A DNA stretch of 55,598 nt from a virus, in IMG/VR virus record IMGVR_UViG_3300017433_000001, positions 1-55,598 of that record; one strand, written 5' to 3'. Numbering within the stretch: position 1 is the first letter of the stretch; the number at the start of each line of letters is the position of its first letter. This document shows positions 51,190-55,598 of this stretch, in pieces. A model generated the notes under the pieces. The model was not told the DNA's origin and made no database searches. It saw only the letters and a list, made by a program, of their open reading frames with translations. A program made the translations under genes and the position numbers.

Positions 51190-52091
51190 CCGAGCCGCAG
51201 CGCGAGGGCCGCAAAGACGACACTGGCAAGGACCCATGGGACCTTGCCCCGTTCGACGCCTTCCGCGCCATCGTCGGCGTTCTGGCGTTCGGTGCCAAGA
51301 AGTACACTACTGAATTCAGTTGTGACGTGACCGGAGCAGCAACTTGGCTGACGCAGCACCTCCAGACGCTCGATCCGTCCTGTGCCATCCAGATCGCCGT
51401 CGATACAGCCAGGGGCTTTGCCGATCCTGCTACGAACGACAGCTTCGTGCATCTGATCCGGAGTACGCCGAGCGCCAGCGCGAAAACAGACGCGCATGGG
51501 GTCAGCGAAACCAAGAGCGCATCAGAGAACATCAGGAGCGCCGAAAAGCCTGCCCCGTCGCTCGTGAGCGCGATGCCCACTCACATCGCACGAGACGCCT
51601 CCGGAGCCTTGGCGTCACAGCAGACGACGTCGAACGCGTCCGCCGGCATCAACAGGATCGGTGTGCAATCTGCCGGCGGGATCTCGCCGACGTGGGTGCG
51701 ACGCATCTTGATCACTGTCACACAACCGGACGGTTCCGAGGCGTCTTATGCAGCAGATGCAACAACGGCATCGGCATGCTTTGCGAAGATCCAGAACTTC
51801 TGCGTCGAGCGCTTTCCTACCTTGAAAAGCCTGTCGCGGATCAAGTTCTCGGGCAGCGCTGACGAGATCACCGTCATTATTCCAGGCGCCCGCAACTGGG
51901 AGCAGGGCATGGCTTGGTCGCGCCTCTACGCTGCGACCTTCCGGCATCTGACCGCTTGGTGGGGCGGCGAGCGCACCGACCAAGAGACCGGGCTGTCACA
52001 CCTCGCGCATGCCGGCTGCTGCGTCTGCTTCCTCATCGCGTTCGAGCTTCGCGGCATCGGCACCGATGACCGGCCGGAGGGGTCCCGATGA
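51186..52091 (+). CDS. DUF5664 / MazG-like dATP-dGTP pyrophosphohydrolase-family protein interrupted by a 579-nt insertion
   Basis: N-terminal part RKDDTGKDPWDLAPFDAFRAIVGVLAFGAKKY (to 51305). C-terminal part GARNWEQGMAWSRLYAATFRHLTAWWGGERTDQETGLSHLAHAGCC (from 51885). These are contiguous in remembered homologues (GAxKY-x3-NW). Confidence 0.7.
   Translation: MTEPQREGRKDDTGKDPWDLAPFDAFRAIVGVLAFGAKKYTTEFSCDVTGAATWLTQHLQTLDPSCAIQIAVDTARGFADPATNDSFVHLIRSTPSASAKTDAHGVSETKSASENIRSAEKPAPSLVSAMPTHIARDASGALASQQTTSNASAGINRIGVQSAGGISPTWVRRILITVTQPDGSEASYAADATTASACFAKIQNFCVERFPTLKSLSRIKFSGSADEITVIIPGARNWEQGMAWSRLYAATFRHLTAWWGGERTDQETGLSHLAHAGCCVCFLIAFELRGIGTDDRPEGSR
51306..51884 (+). mobile_element. 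Homing-endonuclease insertion (579 nt) within the DUF5664-like gene; intron, split-gene or in-frame insertion unresolved
   Basis: Boundaries inferred from where the host-family motifs stop and resume. The insert contains the Endo VII ORF in another frame. Its edges are AT-richer (actactgaattc / cattattcc). Confidence 0.55.
51344..51862 (+). CDS. Recombination endonuclease VII-family (HNH-like) homing endonuclease
   Basis: CRSCYERQ...DRCAICRRDL...HLDHCHTTGRFRGVLCSRCNNGIGMLCEDPELLRRALSYL is the canonical Endo VII signature. Frame differs from the host gene. Confidence 0.85.
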   Translation: MADAAPPDARSVLCHPDRRRYSQGLCRSCYERQLRASDPEYAERQRENRRAWGQRNQERIREHQERRKACPVARERDAHSHRTRRLRSLGVTADDVERVRRHQQDRCAICRRDLADVGATHLDHCHTTGRFRGVLCSRCNNGIGMLCEDPELLRRALSYLEKPVADQVLGQR

Positions 52092-52501
52092 AACAGTCCG
52101 AAGCCTGCATCCAGGGCGAGATCATCGTCGCCATGAGCCGGACGTTCAATGCCCGGACCGTACACGTGCCGAACGGCGGCAAGCGGTCGGCGCGTGAGGG
52201 TCTTGCCCTGCGCTCTATGGGCGTGTGGGCCGGTCATCCGGATCTCATCGTCTACGGTGAGAACGGCCGGGACTTCCTGATTGAGGTCAAGGAGCAAGTT
52301 CTGGTGCGCGAGCGGGACGTGCCGACCGATCAGCGGTTCGACACCCTCGACCCGAAGCAGAAAGACGCCGTTCTGGAACTGAGAACGCGCGGAAAGATCG
52401 TCCACGTCGTGGACAATGTCGAGGACGCTTTAGCGGCCGGCCGTGCCTTCGGGCTGGCGCCCAAAGTGATCCGTAGGAGTCTGGCCGAGGTCTGCGCCTA
52501 G
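52088..52501 (+). CDS. VRR-NUC domain nuclease (PD-(D/E)xK)
   Basis: ATGA overlap. GHPDLIVYG...FLIEVK motif. Confidence 0.8.
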   Translation: MKQSEACIQGEIIVAMSRTFNARTVHVPNGGKRSAREGLALRSMGVWAGHPDLIVYGENGRDFLIEVKEQVLVRERDVPTDQRFDTLDPKQKDAVLELRTRGKIVHVVDNVEDALAAGRAFGLAPKVIRRSLAEVCA

Positions 52502-52589
52502 CGCAGCCGGGCCGCCATCCCGTCGCCGCCTCGGCCAGACGACCCCAGGCGATTGTGGAAGCGGCCACCCCCAACTAAGGAGCGAAATC

Positions 52590-53387
52590 ATGGCGATTTC
52601 CTGGGATACCCTGAACCAAAAGAAGAAGCCCAAACCTCCGTGCATCCTACTGTACGGGCCGGAAAAAGCCGGAAAGACCACCCTGGCGAGCGAGTTTCCA
52701 GGGGCCGTGTACCTCCAGGCGGAAGAGGGTGACGGCGTCCTCGACATTCAGTCGCTCGGCAAGATCGAGAGCTATGCCGAGCTGATGGACGCCATCGGCA
52801 TGCTCTACAACAACGAGCACGAATTCCAGACCGTCGTCCTCGACAGCATTACCGCGTTGCAGCCCCTCGTGTGGGCGGAAACCGGCGCGCGCGGTGACGA
52901 CAAGGGCGCCAAGAAGGAGCGAATCGAGGATTTCGGCTACGGCAAGGGCTACCTCTACGCGCTCGCCGTCTGGCAGGAAATTCTGGAAGGCTTGAACGCC
53001 CTGCGTAACGAGCGCGGCATGACCATCATCATGATCGCGCACTCGAAGATCGAGCGGTTCGAGGACCCGGAGACCGCCGGGTATAACCGCTATGACATCG
53101 ATCTGCATGACAAGGCGCGCGAGTACCTGAAGCGCGAGGCCGACGCGATCCTCCTTCTCAAGCCGGACGTGATGGTGAAGTCCGAGGACAGCGGGTTCAA
53201 CAAGACCCGCGCCATCGCGCAAGGCGGCCGGTCGGTCTGGGTTCATGCCACGTCGCGCCCGGCCTATGCCGCTGGCAACCGCTACGGCATCCCCGAAAAG
53301 ACGCTCTACGAGAGCGGCAAGGGCTACGCGGCCCTCGCCCCGTACTTCCCCCATCTCGCCGTCCCCCTCGCCATCGCTGCGGAGTAA
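52590..53387 (+). CDS. RecA-fold AAA ATPase (AAA_24 / Sak4-like recombination protein)
   Basis: Walker A LLYGPEKAGKTT and Walker B VVLDSIT. aaggag precedes the ATG. Confidence 0.85.
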   Translation: MAISWDTLNQKKKPKPPCILLYGPEKAGKTTLASEFPGAVYLQAEEGDGVLDIQSLGKIESYAELMDAIGMLYNNEHEFQTVVLDSITALQPLVWAETGARGDDKGAKKERIEDFGYGKGYLYALAVWQEILEGLNALRNERGMTIIMIAHSKIERFEDPETAGYNRYDIDLHDKAREYLKREADAILLLKPDVMVKSEDSGFNKTRAIAQGGRSVWVHATSRPAYAAGNRYGIPEKTLYESGKGYAALAPYFPHLAVPLAIAAE

Positions 53388-53394
53388 GCCCCCC

Positions 53395-53934
53395 ATGTCC
53401 GACTTCCTGAGTTCGTTCGATCCCACTTCCATTGACATGACCGACGAGCGCGGCGGCGGTGACTTCTCGCCCCTGCCGAACGGCGACTACCTTGTCCAGG
53501 TCATTGAGGCCGAGATGAAGGACACCAGCACGGGCGGTGAGATGCTGCGCCTGACGCTGGAGGTTCTCGACGGCCCCCGGCCAGGCGCCCGCGTCTGGGA
53601 GAACCTGAACGTCGTCAACAAGAACCCCGACACCGAGAAGTACGCCCGCCGCGATCTCGCGACGATCATGTCCGCCATCGGCCAGGGGCCGACCAACGAC
53701 CTGACGACGCTCCACGGCCGACCGTTCACGGTGACGCTCAAGACCAATCCCGGCCGGTCCTACAATGGCAAGGAGTACGGCCCGAGCAACGGCGTGAAGC
53801 GCTACCACGGCAAGGCCGGGCCAGCCGGTCCGCCCAAGGCGGCTCCGGTCCGTCAGGCCGCACCCGCTGCGCGGGCCTGGGCCAACAAGGCGCCCGCCCG
53901 TTCCGTGGCGGCCGGCGACCAGCCGCCGTTCTAG
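53395..53934 (+). CDS. DUF669-like protein (putative ssDNA-binding partner of Sak4)
   Basis: ATG 53395 (M51 of ORF 53245..53934). LPNGDYLVQVIEAEMKDTSTGGEMLRLTLEVL pattern. Typical position after the AAA_24 gene. Confidence 0.7.
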   Translation: MSDFLSSFDPTSIDMTDERGGGDFSPLPNGDYLVQVIEAEMKDTSTGGEMLRLTLEVLDGPRPGARVWENLNVVNKNPDTEKYARRDLATIMSAIGQGPTNDLTTLHGRPFTVTLKTNPGRSYNGKEYGPSNGVKRYHGKAGPAGPPKAAPVRQAAPAARAWANKAPARSVAAGDQPPF

Positions 53935-54025
53935 CGCCGCCGGGGCGGCGGTTCCTCCTGGCAGACGCGCCGCCGCCCCTTCCACCCCAGCCTGACGAAA
54001 CAACATCACGCGGAGCGCGCGACCG

Positions 54026-54376
54026 ATGGCCGATGAAACACGCCCTGACAAGGGCAACGAAGACAACCGACTGACACGTTTCGCCATCAACGATTGCGAG
54101 CTATCGGTTCGAACAACCAACGCACTCCAGCGGTATGGCCGCTACAAGACTCTGGCCGATCTGGACGCGGCTACAGACGATGAATTGCACCGCATTCCCC
54201 ATCTGAGCACGAAGGGGATTTCTGAGGTTCGCGGCGCCATTCGAGCGGTTCGTTTTGGGGCGCTGTCTCTCGACGACGAGGTGATCGCTTGGGCTCAGGC
54301 CCATCTCACTCTGGTTCGCGCGCTGATGAACGGTGAGGCCGTCATCGTCCCTCGCAGTGGCGAGGTGGCAGCATGA
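54026..54376 (+). CDS. RNA polymerase alpha-subunit C-terminal-domain-like (HhH) protein
   Basis: CELSVRTTNALQRYGRYKTLADLDAATDDELHRIPHLSTKGISEVRGAI parallels E. coli alpha-CTD [44 protein letters not shown]. Confidence 0.65.
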   Translation: MADETRPDKGNEDNRLTRFAINDCELSVRTTNALQRYGRYKTLADLDAATDDELHRIPHLSTKGISEVRGAIRAVRFGALSLDDEVIAWAQAHLTLVRALMNGEAVIVPRSGEVAA

Positions 54377-55323
54377 CCGGCACCACCCTCCCACCCCCCA
54401 CCATCACCGCCGTCACCCTCATCGATGACGCCTACGCCGCCAAGGCCCGCAACGGGGACGGCGCCGGAATTGGCATGTCGTCGGTCTCCCACGAGTGCCT
54501 GCGGTCGCTTTGGTATTCGTTTCGATGGGTAGCCGAGCCGGAACAGGTCGAGGGCCGCAAGGAGCGGATCTTCAAGACCGGCAACATCTACGAGACGCGG
54601 CTTCTGGACGATCTGCGCGCCATCGGCTGCGACATCCGGGAAATCGATGAGACCACCGGCCAACAGATGCGGGTCGAACTGGCCGGCGGGCACCTGCGCG
54701 GCAAGGTCGATGGCGTACTGACGGGCTTCCACACCGACCCTGCTCTTGAGCGTGTCGTTGAGGCTAAGAGTATGAACGAGCGCACGTTCAAGGCGCTCGT
54801 GAAGGCCGGCACGGTGCGCGAGGGCAAGCCCGAACACTACGCCCAGCTTCAAGCCTACCTCCACGGCAGCGGCATTCGGCACGGCATCTACATCGCCGCG
54901 TGCAAGAACGACGACGCCATTTACGTCGAGGAAGTGCCCTATGATCCGGCCTACGGCGTCGCCATGGTCGCCCGTATCGAGCGGATCGTCGCCATGGATG
55001 AGCCGCCGGCCCCGCTCTACGGCAAGGTCGAGCGCGGGTGCTTCTTCTGCCGGGCCAAGGCGCAGTGCCATGAAGGCGCCTGGGCGCGAGTGAACTGCCG
55101 GACATGCCTGGAGTCAGAGGCTCTGGACGGCCCGCAATGGCGCTGCCGGATGACCGGCCGAGTGCTGTCCTACAACGATCAGCAAGCCGCCTGCGGGGGG
55201 CACCGCTTCATCCCTGGCCTAGTGCCGGGCGAGCAACAGGACGCCGATCCCGAAACGCGCGCGATCACCTATCGGCTGGCCGATGGGGCGATCTGGGTGG
55301 ATGGCGGGGAGGTGGCGGCATGA
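54373..55323 (+). CDS. PD-(D/E)XK (Cas4/RecB-like) exonuclease with C-terminal Cys cluster
   Basis: ATGA overlap. GKVDGVL...VVEAKS nuclease core. CFFCRAKAQC and CRTC cysteines. Confidence 0.75.
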   Translation: MTGTTLPPPTITAVTLIDDAYAAKARNGDGAGIGMSSVSHECLRSLWYSFRWVAEPEQVEGRKERIFKTGNIYETRLLDDLRAIGCDIREIDETTGQQMRVELAGGHLRGKVDGVLTGFHTDPALERVVEAKSMNERTFKALVKAGTVREGKPEHYAQLQAYLHGSGIRHGIYIAACKNDDAIYVEEVPYDPAYGVAMVARIERIVAMDEPPAPLYGKVERGCFFCRAKAQCHEGAWARVNCRTCLESEALDGPQWRCRMTGRVLSYNDQQAACGGHRFIPGLVPGEQQDADPETRAITYRLADGAIWVDGGEVAA

Positions 55324-55484
55324 CCGAGCAAATCGAGGCGCTGCGCTACGACCTTATCCGCATCATGGCCGATCTGATCCGAGCCGAGGACGCGGCGACG
55401 GCGCTGGTCGCGCTGCGGCTGATTTCCGAACGAGTCGAGGTGGTCCTAAGCACGATGGAGGCAGGCCATGCCCAAGCGCGATGA
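55320..55484 (+). CDS. Hypothetical protein (54 aa)
   Basis: ATGA overlap (M73 of ORF 55104..55484). Helical sequence. Confidence 0.5.
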   Translation: MTEQIEALRYDLIRIMADLIRAEDAATALVALRLISERVEVVLSTMEAGHAQAR

Positions 55485-55598
55485 TCGGTCCGAGTACGAA
55501 AAACTCCCCAAACGCGTTCGCTCCGTCATTGAGCATTGTCGAAACGGCAAGACTCTTTGTCGTGGGTATAGGCCGCGCGCCATCGGCGAAGAGGCTGA
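55468..55598 (+). CDS. 5' part of the junction-spanning 93-aa ORF (continues at base 1 after removing the 123-bp overlap)
   Basis: ATG 55468 overlaps the upstream gene's last codons. The frame stays open to the window end and matches the frame of 2..274. Confidence 0.45.
   Translation, partial: MPKRDDRSEYEKLPKRVRSVIEHCRNGKTLCRGYRPRAIGEEA
55476..55598. repeat. Terminal direct repeat, copy 2
   Basis: Identical to bases 1-123. Confidence 0.9.

Noticed and set aside
51306-51884. Intein interpretation of the insertion in the DUF5664-like gene.
   Set aside because: The endonuclease motifs are in a different reading frame from the host gene, and no intein splicing blocks (Cys/Ser...HN-Cys/Ser/Thr) are evident at the boundaries.
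51186-52091. Z-genome (2-aminoadenine) pathway, suggested by the MazZ-like DUF5664 domain.
   Set aside because: No PurZ (adenylosuccinate synthetase-like) or DatZ candidate is present among the ORFs.

Overview
The window is one complete, circularly closed genome of a temperate, GC-rich, short-tailed (P22-like) phage or excised prophage. Bases 1-123 are identical to 55476-55598, giving about 55,475 bp of unique sequence, and one ORF reads across that junction.

All calls come from reading the six-frame track and from remembered family motifs. No database search was run. Start codons were chosen mainly from ATGA/GTGA/TTGA stop-start overlaps and visible Shine-Dalgarno boxes.

Modules in order:
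- Rightward early/replication operon, 49.6 kb through the junction to 5.0 kb: Cro-like, DnaA domain-IV protein, a DUF5664-like gene interrupted by an Endo VII homing endonuclease, VRR-NUC, Sak4-like ATPase, DUF669, RpoA alpha-CTD-like protein, Cas4-like nuclease, SF2 helicase and primase-polymerase.
- A strong terminator, then a striking AT-rich island flanked by inverted repeats (5.1-5.3 kb).
- A NusG/RfaH-like gene heading the late operon, 5.5-29.7 kb: small and large terminase, portal, scaffold, capsid, P22 gp10-like protein, ejection proteins, tail fibres and a beta-helix tailspike.
- A two-gene leftward moron (29.7-31.0 kb).
- A lysis cassette with a GH19 endolysin that carries C-terminal TM helices (31.2-33.5 kb).
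- An accessory arm (33.5-41.2 kb): three HNH endonucleases, a self-regulated operon built on RtcB RNA ligase plus an unassignable 283-aa protein, a YkgJ-type protein and an RNase-AS-like exoribonuclease.
- Candidate attP and a tyrosine integrase (41.2-42.7 kb).
- A leftward early operon (42.7-48.3 kb, includes dCTP deaminase).
- An immunity region with a CI-like S24 repressor and shared TAAGC-N3-GCTTA operators (48.3-49.6 kb).

I saw no tRNA, rRNA or CRISPR array.

The best candidates for new biology are the RtcB operon with its three-box switch, the homing endonuclease nested precisely inside the DUF5664 gene, and the AT-rich island upstream of the NusG paralog.
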